Below the pieces are notes generated by a model. That model worked only from the letters and a program-made list of their open reading frames with translations, was not told where the DNA came from and did not search any database. Positions 1 to 13,453 of a DNA stretch of 64,000 nt are shown piece by piece; position 1 is the stretch's first letter; each line of letters starts with the position of its first letter. The stretch lies in contig CAMYLU010000001.1 of NCBI GenBank assembly GCA_947259485.1, positions 140,281-204,280 of the forward strand, read 5' to 3'. The translations under genes were made by a program, and so were the position numbers. Origin of the DNA: an uncultured Gammaproteobacteria bacterium (lineage in GTDB: Bacteria; Pseudomonadota; Gammaproteobacteria; GCA-001735895).

Positions 1-1484
1 TCCCATTCGACACCACTAATTCCGGCTACATCCGGCACATCCACCCGGGTCAGCATATGGTGGAGTCCATGGCCGAATTCATGAAACAGCGTAATGACCT
101 CGTCGTGGGTGAAAAGCGCCGCTTCATCTCCCAAAGGAGGCGTCAAATTACAGGTTAGATAGGCAACAGGTAATTGAATATTGCCGTCAATGCGATAGCG
201 ATTAACGCACTCATCCATCCAGGCTCCGCCACGCTTGTTCTCGCGCGCATACAGGTCGAGGAAGAACTGCCCGATCACCTCACCCTGCTGATTTGCGATC
301 TGGTAAAAACTAACCGTCTCATCCCAGGTATCTATACCGGTTTCGATGCTCGATATATCAACCTGGTAAAGCCTGGCGACGATATCGAACAACCCCTTGA
401 TAACCCGTCCTTCTGAAAAGTAGGGCTTCAGGTCTTCATCGGAAATCTGGTAGCGGTGTTGTTTAAGCTTTTCACTGTAATAAGCATAATCCCATGCCTC
501 GAGTTCACCGACAAAACCCAACGACTCGGCAAAAGCCTGGCGCTGATCAACTTCGTCGATGGCGGTTGGTTGCGAACGCCGGGCAAGGTCGTTGAGAAAG
601 TCGACCACCTGCTTTACATCTGTCGCCATCTTGGTTTCAAGTGAGTACTCGGCATAGTGGTTAAAACCGAGGATATTGGCCTTTTCCTGTCTTTTAGCCA
701 CGATTTCGACCATTATGGCGGCATTATCCCAGATTTTATCGGTAATGCCCTGGTCCGATGCACGCGTCGCATAGGCCTCGTAAACGGCCCTGCGTAAATC
801 CCGGTTATCCGCATAGGTGATCACGGCGAGATAGCAGGGCATATCCAGCGTTACCCGATAGCCGGTCAGCTCTTTTTGCTCGGCTAATTGCTTTAGCATT
901 GCCAGTGCGTATTGGGGCAGTCCCTGTAATTCGGCCTCATCCCCGGTGAGGTATTGCCAGGCCTGTGTGGCATCGAGCAGATTGTTTTCGAACCTGGATT
1001 GCAGTTCAGATAAATCCTTTTGCAATTGCTGATAACGGGCCCGGTCTTTCCCCTCAAGCTCTACCCCGCCCAGGCGAAAATGCTTTAATGCATCGGTTAT
1101 AGCTTTCTGTTGTGCCGGGCTGAATTCGCTAAATAACGCAGATGCGGCGATATCACGATATCCCTGATACAGGTCGTGATTCTGGCTGATTTCGGTTGAA
1201 TATTCACTCAGCAAGGGCAGACACTTATTGTACGCCTCCCGCATCTCCGGGCTGCTTTTTACCGAATTCAGATGCCTCACCGGCGACCATGCCTTGTCGA
1301 GTCGATCCCCCATCAATTCCAGCGGCTTGATCAGATTATCCCAGCTCGGTTGCGGCTGCCTGGTTAACTGTGATATCGCGCTACGGTTTTCACTGATCAG
1401 ATGCTTGATAGCTGGCTCGATCATCTCGGGTTTAATTTTGCTGAAGGCCGGCAAAGTACCGGGTTCGAGTAACGGATTGGTCAA
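1..1484 (-). CDS. prlC: Oligopeptidase A (M3 zinc metallopeptidase); C-terminal part runs off the left edge
   Basis: Absent from the ORF track because it is open at the window edge. My minus-strand translation gives the N-terminus (TTG at 1484) [24 protein letters not shown]. An internal stretch reads [20 protein letters not shown]. The zinc motif [30 protein letters not shown] lies at about 1-90. The frame is continuous wherever I checked. Confidence 0.85.
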   Translation of the reverse strand, partial: [494 protein letters not shown]

Positions 1485-1540
1485 GGCTGAGCCATAAGGT
1501 TCGTCTAAAGCCCGCTAGTCTACTCAACTAGAGAATGCAT

Positions 1541-2476
1541 TCAAATGGAAAAGGGCGTGCGAATAGAAATCATCGTGACGACCGCGGTAAAAGTCAGCAA
1601 GGCTCCCGCTATAGAAAATCGGGCTTTCCATTTTTTAAACGTAACCATGTCCTCCTCTGTTCTTGCCGACAGGATATACGGCTGCCGACTATTGGTGGGA
1701 GATGAAATAACGTGGTGTTCCTTTTTTTCCTTATTAAGCTCGTTTAAAACCTGTTTTCGCGCCGCTGCTCGAATCACCTTCCACTCCCGTTTCTGAATTT
1801 TCCCATTCTGATCAAGATCGTACTCACGCAAATACCTTGCCGGCTGCAATTTCCATGTTTTAACCAATTCTTCAACCTGCCTGGCGATAAACTCGTCGGA
1901 CGGATTGCTATGCACGGTACGAAACCATCCGAGCGCATACAGGTTGCTGGCTGGCAGTAACAAGCGCTCACGAAAGCGGTAACTGCCCATACTGAGATTA
2001 AATCTGGTCGGTTTTTTCGGGGCACGCGTACTGTATTCGGTACTATGCCCATACCAGGTGGTATCCATCTCCGGTATCACGTGTGCATGATCGGGATCTA
2101 CGATGCAATCACCGGTATCATCGACCAGGCGAAACATGTGGCTGCTGCGTTCGTCCGAGATGTTAGTCCAGGTCAGGCGTTTTCCCGATCGGTGCTTCTT
2201 GTCAATCGAGCAGTGATACCATAAGCACCGACGCTTGCTAAACGGCGAGTGTATTTCGCCATTCGGCATCCATTCACCCAGTCCCTTGAGCTCGACATGG
2301 CCTTGCGGCGCTGACCTGATTCTGGAGGTCGCGGTTCCATCCATGAAGCGGTAACGCTTCATAATACTGAATGAGTAATAAACCAGGAATGCAAACACTG
2401 CGATCAACAGGCCGAGTATCACCAGGTACTCGATCCTGGGCAATTCAAGGATTTCAAACTCGAGCCAGGAAAACAT
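1541..2476 (-). CDS. GIDE-domain (E3-ligase-like fold) membrane protein with an embedded EF-hand loop
   Basis: 311-aa ORF with an N-terminal TM helix (IEYLVILGLLIAVFAFLVYYSF). GIDE-like core: GHVELKGLGEW...SPFSKRRCLWYHCSIDKK. C-terminal TM helix: FSIAGALLTFTAVVTMISI. It lies 22 nt downstream of lemA, the common LemA-GIDE pairing. EF-hand loop DLDQNGKIQKREW at aa 220-232. Confidence 0.6.
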   Translation of the reverse strand: MFSWLEFEILELPRIEYLVILGLLIAVFAFLVYYSFSIMKRYRFMDGTATSRIRSAPQGHVELKGLGEWMPNGEIHSPFSKRRCLWYHCSIDKKHRSGKRLTWTNISDERSSHMFRLVDDTGDCIVDPDHAHVIPEMDTTWYGHSTEYSTRAPKKPTRFNLSMGSYRFRERLLLPASNLYALGWFRTVHSNPSDEFIARQVEELVKTWKLQPARYLREYDLDQNGKIQKREWKVIRAAARKQVLNELNKEKKEHHVISSPTNSRQPYILSARTEEDMVTFKKWKARFSIAGALLTFTAVVTMISIRTPFSI

Positions 2477-2498
2477 AACCGCGGTATGGTCCCGGGTA

Positions 2499-3077
2499 TC
2501 AGGTTTCGAATAGCTCTTTTACGCTGACATCGGCAATTTCGCCTGCCTCAAATTCAAGCAGATCACGTGGCCCGAAACCGAACAGCCTGGCGACGATCAG
2601 GTCCGGGAATGTGTCGATTGCGATATTGTTGATATTTACAGATTCGTTGTAGAACTCGCGGCGATCGGCAATGGTGTTTTCCAGGGTGCTGATGCGCGCC
2701 TGTAAATGCTGGAAGTTTTCATTTGCGCGCAGCTCTGGATAATCCTCGGCGAGAGCAAAAAGTTGGCCAAGACCCATGCGCAGCGCACCTTCGGCGGCGC
2801 CCAGCCCGGGAACATCCTGTTTTTGCCTCGCTTCTGAAACCTGCGAGCGCGCCTGCATGACTTTCTCCAGGGTTTCCTGTTCGAATTTCATGTATTGCTT
2901 ACAGGTTTCTACCAGTTTTGGTATTTCGTCGTGGCGTTGCTTGAGGAGCACATCGATGTTCGACCATGCTTTCGAAACATTGTGTTTGATACGGACTAGA
3001 TGGTTGTAAATACTGATGATATAAATCACCAGTGCCACAATCACTCCCCAGAAGATGTAACTGCCAATATTATCCAT
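2499..3077 (-). CDS. lemA: LemA family membrane protein
   Basis: 192 aa. One N-terminal TM helix (YIFWGVIVALVIYIISIY) followed by NHLVRIKHNVSKAWSNIDVLLKQRHDEIPKLVE and a C-terminal FPDLIVARLFGF segment, typical of LemA. Confidence 0.85.
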   Translation of the reverse strand: MDNIGSYIFWGVIVALVIYIISIYNHLVRIKHNVSKAWSNIDVLLKQRHDEIPKLVETCKQYMKFEQETLEKVMQARSQVSEARQKQDVPGLGAAEGALRMGLGQLFALAEDYPELRANENFQHLQARISTLENTIADRREFYNESVNINNIAIDTFPDLIVARLFGFGPRDLLEFEAGEIADVSVKELFET

Positions 3078-3147
3078 CGCATTACGCCCCTAATATTTAA
3101 AATTGTTCCTCTTATATAGAGATTATTTGAATAAAATCAAGGGGTTG

Positions 3148-6632
<3,485 letters not shown>

Positions 6633-6650
6633 ATTAGGCCTCAGATATCG

Positions 6651-7751
6651 CTATAGCCGCATCGGCATAACAACGTAAAGGCTGGAATCGTCCTTGCTGT
6701 CGCTGATGATCGCGCTACTATTTGAATCCTTCAGTTTAACCTGGACCTTGGCGGAATCAAGGACTGTCAGGACATCAATTAGATAGGTCACATTGAAGCC
6801 TATTTCCACATCTCCCTCGCTGTAATCGACCTGTAGTTCTTCTTCGGCCTCTTCCTGGTCCGGATTATTTGCCTGGATTGATAAATTACCACTGGTTAAT
6901 GTCAGTCGGATGCCACGATATTTCTCGTTCGATAAAATAGCAATTCTACTCATCGAGTTCTTAAGTACTTCTCGATCGACTTCCAGTGTTTTATTACCAT
7001 CGACCGGTATTACCCGCTGGTAGTCGGGAAATTTTCCATCAATAAGCTTAGTGGTGAACACCAGGGAATCTGTTTCGACTCGAAAATGATTTTGACTTAA
7101 TACACACCGCGCCGGGCTATCCCCAGAATCGAGTAGGCGCGAGAGTTCGAGAACAGCTTTGCGCGGAATAATAATCTGCTTTTCCTCGTCCATTCCGGTA
7201 TCCAGGCTGGTTTCGCTTAAAGCCAGCCGATGTCCATCTGTAGCAACAAGCTTGATTTTGTCAGATGAAATCTCCATTAAAATACCATTCAGGTAATAGC
7301 GCACGTCTTGTTGCGCCATTGCGAACGAGGTTTTATCGAATAATTCCTTAAACCTATTTTGCGGTATAGAAAAAGAGTGCAATTCCTCTATTTCGTCTAG
7401 TCCGGGAAAATCGCGTGCGGAGAGTGACGCCAGGCTAAAGCGGCTGCGCGCCGATGTAAGTGATACTCGCGAATCCTCGATATTAAAGTTAATTGGTGAG
7501 GATTCGGGTAAGGCCTTGCAGATATCGAGAAGTTTTCGCGCCGGAATCGTTGTTTGAAATTCGTCGCTTTTATCGGCATTTACCCTTGAAACCATCTCGA
7601 TCTCGAGATCTGTTGCGGTTAGTGTTATGTCACTGCCTGTTGACTTAAATAAGACATTTCCCAATATCGGCAATGTTTGCCTTCGTTCTACCGCGCCGAT
7701 TACTTGCTGTAATGGCCCAAGTATGTCTTCTCTTTTAATAGTTGTTTTCAT
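6651..7751 (-). CDS. dnaN: DNA polymerase III beta sliding clamp
   Basis: 366 aa. N-terminus MKTTIKREDILGPLQQVIGAVERRQTLPILGNVL; C-terminus YVVMPMRL; downstream of dnaA. Confidence 0.97.
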   Translation of the reverse strand: MKTTIKREDILGPLQQVIGAVERRQTLPILGNVLFKSTGSDITLTATDLEIEMVSRVNADKSDEFQTTIPARKLLDICKALPESSPINFNIEDSRVSLTSARSRFSLASLSARDFPGLDEIEELHSFSIPQNRFKELFDKTSFAMAQQDVRYYLNGILMEISSDKIKLVATDGHRLALSETSLDTGMDEEKQIIIPRKAVLELSRLLDSGDSPARCVLSQNHFRVETDSLVFTTKLIDGKFPDYQRVIPVDGNKTLEVDREVLKNSMSRIAILSNEKYRGIRLTLTSGNLSIQANNPDQEEAEEELQVDYSEGDVEIGFNVTYLIDVLTVLDSAKVQVKLKDSNSSAIISDSKDDSSLYVVMPMRL

Positions 7752-7879
7752 TTATATATCTAATTTACTGTGTTTATTAGTAACTGAGCTTTCACGGGAT
7801 AAGTCTATTATTTCTTTATTTATCAATACCTTATGCCGAGAAACTCCGAATTTAAGCTGTCTGCTACTTATTAGCAAAC

Positions 7880-7888
7880 TGTGCATAA
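7880..7888. promoter_or_regulatory. DnaA box, one mismatch (TGTGCATAA, reverse complement TTATGCACA)
   Basis: Read directly in the AT-rich dnaA-dnaN spacer; 8 of 9 match to TTATCCACA. Confidence 0.45.
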
Positions 7889-7925
7889 CCCCGGGATAAA
7901 AACGCTGCTTTTATTTGCACCCAGC

Positions 7926-7934
7926 TTATCCACA
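7926..7934. promoter_or_regulatory. Perfect DnaA box TTATCCACA
   Basis: Exact 9-mer read at 7926-7934, 26 nt downstream of the dnaA stop, in the dnaA-dnaN spacer. Confidence 0.7.
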
Positions 7935-7960
7935 GGTCCAGCCCCCGTTTTTCCCCATTC

Positions 7961-9277
7961 CTAGTTGCTTAGCATGCGCGCCAGGATTTCCACGTCTTCA
8001 TCAATCCGCCGGTCTTCACCCCGCAATTCATCGATTTTACGGCAAGCATGGAGCACTGTCGTGTGGTCCCGCCCCCCGAAGGCACTTCCTATCTCGGGCA
8101 AACTATGGCGTGTCAATGATTTAGAAAGAGCCATCGCTATCTGGCGCGGGCGTGTAATAGAACGGTTGCGCCGACTTGATAATAGATCAGCGACCCGGAT
8201 TTTGAAATATTCCGCCACCAGCTTCTGTATATTATCGATGGTAATGGGCTTGTCTTGCACCGCGAGCAATTCTCTCAGGGCCTGGCGTGCAAAATCCTGG
8301 GTAATCGGCTCACCGGCAAAACGAGCATGTGCAACCACCCGCTTTAGCGCACCTTCGAGCTCGCGAATGTTCGATTTGAAACGTTCGGCAATAAAAAAAG
8401 CGACATCATCCGGCACATCTGCATCCACTTGTTCAGCCTTGCTGATCAGGATCGCCACGCGAGTCTCGAGATCGGCGGGTTTGATATCGACCGCGAGCCC
8501 CCATCCCAGGCGGGACTGGATTCGATCTTCGAGCCCTTCAATCTCTTTTGGAAATCGATCACAGGTAATGACCATCTGGGCTCGCGCCTCGTAAAGGGAA
8601 TTGAAGGTGTGGAAAAATTCTTCCTGCGATCGGTTTTTGTCGGCGAGAAACTGGATGTCATCGATGAGCAGGGCGTCGAGGCTACGATATGAATTCTTGA
8701 AATCATTCATACGGCTATGCTGCAAGGCCTTAACCATGTCGGAGACAAAACGCTCGCAATTTACGTACAAAATGTTCGCATCCGGGTTGTTTTCCCGGAT
8801 CTGGTTGCCAATCGCATGCATTAAATGCGTCTTTCCGAGGCCGACCCCACCGTAAATGTAAAGCGGATTATACTCAGAGCCGGGATTGCTGCTGATCTGG
8901 ATCGATGCAGCACGCGCTAGCTGATTTGATTTGCCTTCGACAAAGTTTTTGAATTTTTGGGATTCGTTAAGACCGGAGGAACGATAAGTTCGCGGCGGCG
9001 GTGTCGCGGTAACCGCATCGGGTTCTGCCGCCCTGGCATGGGAACCGATCATCAGGCTGACCGACATTGACTTGCTGTCATCAAGGCTGGTAACCAGTTC
9101 GCGTATGCGGTCAAGAAAATGTTTGCGAACCCAATCCATAACAAAACGGTTCGGAGCCAACAATTTCAGCGTATTGAGTTCCTGTTCTACCTGTAATGGC
9201 AAAATCCAGGTATTGAGCTGTTGCTCACTGATTTCGCCTTCCAGGCAGGCAATACACTGTTGCCAGATTGAATTCAA
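7961..9277 (-). CDS. dnaA: Chromosomal replication initiator DnaA
   Basis: 438 aa. AAA+ Walker [17 protein letters not shown]; C-terminal DNA-binding region [16 protein letters not shown]; diverges from rpmH. Confidence 0.98.
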   Translation of the reverse strand: MNSIWQQCIACLEGEISEQQLNTWILPLQVEQELNTLKLLAPNRFVMDWVRKHFLDRIRELVTSLDDSKSMSVSLMIGSHARAAEPDAVTATPPPRTYRSSGLNESQKFKNFVEGKSNQLARAASIQISSNPGSEYNPLYIYGGVGLGKTHLMHAIGNQIRENNPDANILYVNCERFVSDMVKALQHSRMNDFKNSYRSLDALLIDDIQFLADKNRSQEEFFHTFNSLYEARAQMVITCDRFPKEIEGLEDRIQSRLGWGLAVDIKPADLETRVAILISKAEQVDADVPDDVAFFIAERFKSNIRELEGALKRVVAHARFAGEPITQDFARQALRELLAVQDKPITIDNIQKLVAEYFKIRVADLLSSRRNRSITRPRQIAMALSKSLTRHSLPEIGSAFGGRDHTTVLHACRKIDELRGEDRRIDEDVEILARMLSN

Positions 9278-9449
9278 AACACCCCCGATTGTTTGTATTC
9301 ACGCACCAAAAGTGGACGGAATTAGTGGTCAGAGCCAGGGTCAATGCTGCGCGCATGCCTGTAAGGACCACTAAAAAGCGGAAATACAGGCGGTTTTAAC
9401 CCTTTTTCGGTGAATTTATGTGCTCGACCGGTAAGGGGTAATATTATAC

Positions 9450-9458
9450 TTATCCACA
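9450..9458. promoter_or_regulatory. Perfect DnaA box TTATCCACA
   Basis: Exact 9-mer read at 9450-9458, upstream of dnaA. It fits either dnaA autoregulation or origin function. Confidence 0.7.
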
Positions 9459-9567
9459 GCCCTAGCAAGAGGCTTGAACAAAAAAAATGGTTTTGTGGTC
9501 AATTCATAATCGATCGCAGCCGTAACCGTGAAAAGATAGAAAAATTGTCGTAAAACTCAATTAAATA

Positions 9568-9596
9568 TTGACGTAACGCGACTCTAACAGTACATT
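9568..9596 (+). promoter_or_regulatory. Sigma70-type promoter for rpmH-rnpA
   Basis: TTGACG (9568-9573), a 17-nt spacer, then TACATT (9591-9596), about 48 nt upstream of the rpmH ATG. Confidence 0.5.
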
Positions 9597-9643
9597 GTCG
9601 CGCCTTGTTGAAATCGACAAACTAATGAGCCGAGGCGTTTGCT

Positions 9644-9778
9644 ATGAAGCGTACATTTCAACCCAGTAATCTTAAGCGTGCCAGAACGCATGGCTTTCGT
9701 GCGCGTATGCAAACCCGCGGTGGACGCGACGTCATTCGGGCCCGCAGAGCAAAAGGCAGAGCACGCCTGACACCGTAA
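9644..9778 (+). CDS. rpmH: 50S ribosomal protein L34
   Basis: Too short for the ORF track. My translation is [44 protein letters not shown] (44 aa), immediately upstream of rnpA. Confidence 0.97.
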   Translation: MKRTFQPSNLKRARTHGFRARMQTRGGRDVIRARRAKGRARLTP

Positions 9779-9779
9779 A

Positions 9780-10151
9780 GTGGATGTCAGTGTCAGCGAG
9801 TCTTTCCCAAGACGGCTGAGATTAACGCGTGCAATCGATTTTCAGCAGGTTTTTAAGAACAATATTCGAGTTGGCGATAACCAAATCACGCTCCTGGTTG
9901 GTAAAAATACGGGTGCATGTCCTCGCATCGGGTTTGCGATAGCACGCAAACAGGTACCAGCAGCAGTCAAGCGCAATGCGCTGAAACGGTTGTTTCGAGA
10001 GAGCTTTCGCAAAAACAGGCATCGCCTGCCGCCGCGTGACATTGTGATTATGGTGAAACGTGAAATATTATTAACCCGGCCGGCAGATTTTCGAGCCATA
10101 TTGGATCAACACTGGAATAGCATCATTAAACAATGCGAAAGCCCCTGCTAA
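9780..10151 (+). CDS. rnpA: Ribonuclease P protein component
   Basis: 123 aa, basic. GTG start 1 nt after the rpmH stop. Sequence [17 protein letters not shown]...; conserved rpmH-rnpA-yidD-yidC order. Confidence 0.9.
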   Translation: MDVSVSESFPRRLRLTRAIDFQQVFKNNIRVGDNQITLLVGKNTGACPRIGFAIARKQVPAAVKRNALKRLFRESFRKNRHRLPPRDIVIMVKREILLTRPADFRAILDQHWNSIIKQCESPC

Positions 10152-10369
10152 TACTGATTCACGCCTATCGCTACCTGGTAAGCCCGTTGCTTGGCAATCA
10201 TTGTCGTTATACTCCGAGCTGTTCTCAGTACGCGCTTGAAGCGCTTGAATCGCATGGTGTGCTGAAAGGTTTGTGGTTAACCCTAAAGCGCGTTAGTAGC
10301 TGCCATCCATGGCATGAGGGGGGTTATGACCCGGTTCCAGGCTCCTGCAGCGAGCACAACCATGGATAA
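10133..10369 (+). CDS. yidD: Membrane protein insertion efficiency factor YidD
   Basis: 78 aa. Sequence [31 protein letters not shown]...[13 protein letters not shown]; overlaps the rnpA 3' end as usual. Confidence 0.9.
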   Translation: MRKPLLILIHAYRYLVSPLLGNHCRYTPSCSQYALEALESHGVLKGLWLTLKRVSSCHPWHEGGYDPVPGSCSEHNHG

Positions 10370-12038
10370 TTCACGACTATTTCTGTTTGCGGCGCTTGTT
10401 TTCGTTGGCATGTTGATGTGGCAGCAGTGGCAAATTGACTATGGTCCCCAGCCGGTTTCCAGTAGCGAATCTCTACCCGCCGCCGAGGGTGAGGTTGCCG
10501 AACAGGGAGTCCCCGGAGATGATTTGCCGGAGCAGGCCGATGAGTTAAGTCCTGGCACGGTAACCGACAGTAGCTCCGGCAGTGGGGAAGTTTCACCAAC
10601 CCTGCCACAGCAGCAACTGGTCAGAATCGATACCGATGTCGTACGCGCCATGATTGATACCCGGGGCGGGGTCATACGCTCGCTTAAACTCAAAAAGTAT
10701 CCAACCTCACTGGAGCAACCCGACGACTGGCTGGAACTGGTTCATAGCGATAGCGACTCGGTCTATATTGTACAAAGCGGACTGCGTAACAAAGAAGAAA
10801 AGGCTCCAACACACTACAGTACTTACCGTATCGATCAGACAGCGTACCAACTTGCCGATGGCCAGGACGAGCTTGTTGTTCCGATGTACTGGAACCAGGA
10901 CGGCATCAAAGTCGTCAAGAGCTATCACTTCAGGCGTGGTGATTACCTGATCGACGTAAGGCATCGGATTGAGAATGACTCGGCGCAGGAATGGCAGGGC
11001 AGCGAATATCGCCAGATCCAGCGCTCACGGCCGCTCGAAACCTCGCGCCTGCTCTATACCTACACCGGTTCGGTTTACTATAACGAAGAGGCCAAGTACG
11101 AAAAAGTAGACTTCGATGACATGGAGGATGCGCAGTTAAAACTCGAATCCACCGGCGGATGGATTGCCATGATCCATCACTACTTTCTATCGTCGTGGAT
11201 ACCGGGACAGGACGAAACGAACCTGATATACACAATTGCCAATACCAGGCGCAACCCGTCGACCTACACCATCGGCCTGCGCTCTGCCAACCGGGTAGTT
11301 GCTGTCGGTGGCAGCAGTGAATTTGTCAGCCAGTTGTTCGTCGGGCCGAAGATAGTGCAGCGGCTCGAGGAAATTTCACCGGGCCTCGATCTCACCGTCG
11401 ATTACGGTGTGCTGACATTCCTTTCCAAGCCGCTTTACTGGCTGCTCTCGTGGTACCACGGCTTTGTCGGTAACTGGGGCGTCGCGATCATCCTGCTGAC
11501 GCTGACAGTCAAGGCAGTATTCTACAAACTGTCGGAGACCAGTTATCGCTCAATGGCAAAGATGCGTAAAGTCAGCCCGCGCCTTAAGACTCTCAAGGAG
11601 CGTTATGGTGATGACCGCCAGAAAATGAACCAGGCGATGATGGAGCTTTATAAAACCGAGAAAATCAACCCGATGGGCGGTTGCCTGCCGATATTGGTGC
11701 AGATCCCGGTTTTTATCGCACTTTACTGGGCGCTGCTGGAAAGTGTCGACCTGCGCCAGGCACCCTTTATATTCTGGATCAAGGACCTGTCGGTGATGGA
11801 TCCCTTTTACGTGTTACCCATCGTGATGGGGGTTAGCATGGTTATTCAACAGCGCCTGAATCCGCCGCCGCCGGACCCGATCCAGGCCAAGATAATGATG
11901 GCTCTGCCATTCGTATTTACGATCTTCTTCGCCTTCTTTCCCGCGGGACTGGTATTGTACTGGGTCATTAATAATGTATTGTCGATCGCACAACAGTGGG
12001 TCATTACCAAACGTATCGAAGCCGGGGCTACCAAGTAA
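10362..12038 (+). CDS. yidC: Membrane protein insertase YidC
   Basis: The track ORF starts at 10314 inside yidD. I prefer the ATG at 10362 ([23 protein letters not shown]), the typical YidC N-terminus. C-terminal insertase core: [18 protein letters not shown]. Confidence 0.93.
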   Translation: MDNSRLFLFAALVFVGMLMWQQWQIDYGPQPVSSSESLPAAEGEVAEQGVPGDDLPEQADELSPGTVTDSSSGSGEVSPTLPQQQLVRIDTDVVRAMIDTRGGVIRSLKLKKYPTSLEQPDDWLELVHSDSDSVYIVQSGLRNKEEKAPTHYSTYRIDQTAYQLADGQDELVVPMYWNQDGIKVVKSYHFRRGDYLIDVRHRIENDSAQEWQGSEYRQIQRSRPLETSRLLYTYTGSVYYNEEAKYEKVDFDDMEDAQLKLESTGGWIAMIHHYFLSSWIPGQDETNLIYTIANTRRNPSTYTIGLRSANRVVAVGGSSEFVSQLFVGPKIVQRLEEISPGLDLTVDYGVLTFLSKPLYWLLSWYHGFVGNWGVAIILLTLTVKAVFYKLSETSYRSMAKMRKVSPRLKTLKERYGDDRQKMNQAMMELYKTEKINPMGGCLPILVQIPVFIALYWALLESVDLRQAPFIFWIKDLSVMDPFYVLPIVMGVSMVIQQRLNPPPPDPIQAKIMMALPFVFTIFFAFFPAGLVLYWVINNVLSIAQQWVITKRIEAGATK

Positions 12039-12074
12039 GCTGGTTCCCGGCTCAACCAGCAAACCTTTATTGCC

Positions 12075-13409
12075 ATGCCGTCGCATGAAACCATCGCCGC
12101 AATTGCAACGCCTCCCGGAACGGGCGGAATTGGCATCTTGCGCTTGTCCGGAAGCAGGGCGCTGGCGATTGGCGAAGCGATCAGCGCAAGTAAAATAAAA
12201 CCCGGCCTGGTTCAGTTTCGGCAGTTTTTCGATGCCGACGGTGCGGTGCTCGATCATGGCTTGTGCCTGTATTTCAACGCTCCGCATAGCTTCAGCGGTG
12301 AAGATTGTGTCGAAATACAGGCGCATGGCGGACCGATCGTACTTGATATGCTACTGGAAAGACTCTGTGAACTCGGTGCGCGACTGGCCCGGGCCGGTGA
12401 GTTTTCTGAACGTGCGTTCCTTAACGGCAAACTCGATTTAACCCAGGCGGAGGCGATTGCCGATTTGATCGAATCGGGTAGCCGGGCGGCGACCCGGGCC
12501 GCAATGCGCTCGCTGCAGGGCAGGTTTTCGCAGCAGGTTCACAGCTTGATCGATGAAATCATCAACCTGCGTGCCTATATTGAAGCCGCGCTTGATTTTG
12601 CCGAAGAAGAGATTGATTTTCTAAACAGCGGCGATATTAGCCTGCGACTCAAGGATTGCAGTCGCCATTTGCAAAGCCTGCTTGAGCAGGCCGAGCAGGG
12701 CAGGACGCTGCAGGAAGGATTAAGCGTAACCCTGGCGGGGCTCCCCAATGCCGGAAAATCGAGCCTGTTAAATTACCTGGCCGGCTACGAGGCCGCGATT
12801 GTTACCGAAATCGAAGGCACCACGCGCGACCTGTTGCGTGAGCATATTTCGCTTAAGGGCATTCCGATTAAGATTACCGACACCGCGGGCTTGCGTGAAT
12901 CTGAAAATCCGGTTGAGCGGGAAGGCGTTCGACGCGCCTGGGAAACGATCAGCCAGGCGGATGTAATCATTTACCTGATCGACTCCAGCAAGGGATTAAG
13001 CCCCGCGGATCAGAAAATCATCGATGAACTCGAAAGCGCTAACCTGCAACTGGTATTCAGCAAATGCGATTTGTCGGTGGCGGATCGGCAAGCTGATCCG
13101 CAAGCGCTCTATATTTCTACCCTGGACGGTACCGGTATGGAGCAGTTGATAGAACGAATAACCGGAAATGTTTCCGACTATAACCAGAATAATCAGGCAT
13201 TTATGGCCAGGCGGCGCCACGTCGATGCGCTGTTGCGTGCACAAAAAGCCGTGCGCCAGGCCACGCACACATTTGATAGCACCCGATCAGGAGAACTCAT
13301 GGCCGAGGATTTGCGCGAGGCGCAAGGGTTTTTAAATGAAATCACCGGTGAATTTACCAGCGAAGACTTGCTGGGTAAGATTTTCTCGAGCTTTTGCATC
13401 GGAAAATAA
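12075..13409 (+). CDS. mnmE: tRNA modification GTPase MnmE
   Basis: 444 aa. N-terminus ETIAAIATPPGTGGIGILRLSG; G1 motif GLPNAGKSSLLN; C-terminal CIGK. Confidence 0.95.
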   Translation: MPSHETIAAIATPPGTGGIGILRLSGSRALAIGEAISASKIKPGLVQFRQFFDADGAVLDHGLCLYFNAPHSFSGEDCVEIQAHGGPIVLDMLLERLCELGARLARAGEFSERAFLNGKLDLTQAEAIADLIESGSRAATRAAMRSLQGRFSQQVHSLIDEIINLRAYIEAALDFAEEEIDFLNSGDISLRLKDCSRHLQSLLEQAEQGRTLQEGLSVTLAGLPNAGKSSLLNYLAGYEAAIVTEIEGTTRDLLREHISLKGIPIKITDTAGLRESENPVEREGVRRAWETISQADVIIYLIDSSKGLSPADQKIIDELESANLQLVFSKCDLSVADRQADPQALYISTLDGTGMEQLIERITGNVSDYNQNNQAFMARRRHVDALLRAQKAVRQATHTFDSTRSGELMAEDLREAQGFLNEITGEFTSEDLLGKIFSSFCIGK

Positions 13410-13453
13410 AAACCGGCACCAGGGCCCATCGCGACCTGGCATGGCTCGGCCGC

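Larger units (their letters stand above)
9278..9643. other. dnaA-rpmH divergent control region; weak candidate for oriC or a part of it
   Basis: 366-bp spacer at the position of oriC in Pseudomonas-type genomes. It contains one perfect DnaA box (9450-9458) and a 2-mismatch box TGTGGTCAA (9494-9502). GTGGAC/GTGGTC words sit at 9312, 9325 and, reverse complemented, at 9366. An A/T-rich stretch spans about 9476-9570. Confidence 0.35.

Noticed and set aside
7965-8594. 209-aa plus-strand ORF inside dnaA, together with the similar 201-aa ORF at 4247-4852 inside gyrB
   Set aside because: These are antisense shadows of universally conserved genes, with Ser/Arg-rich compositions.
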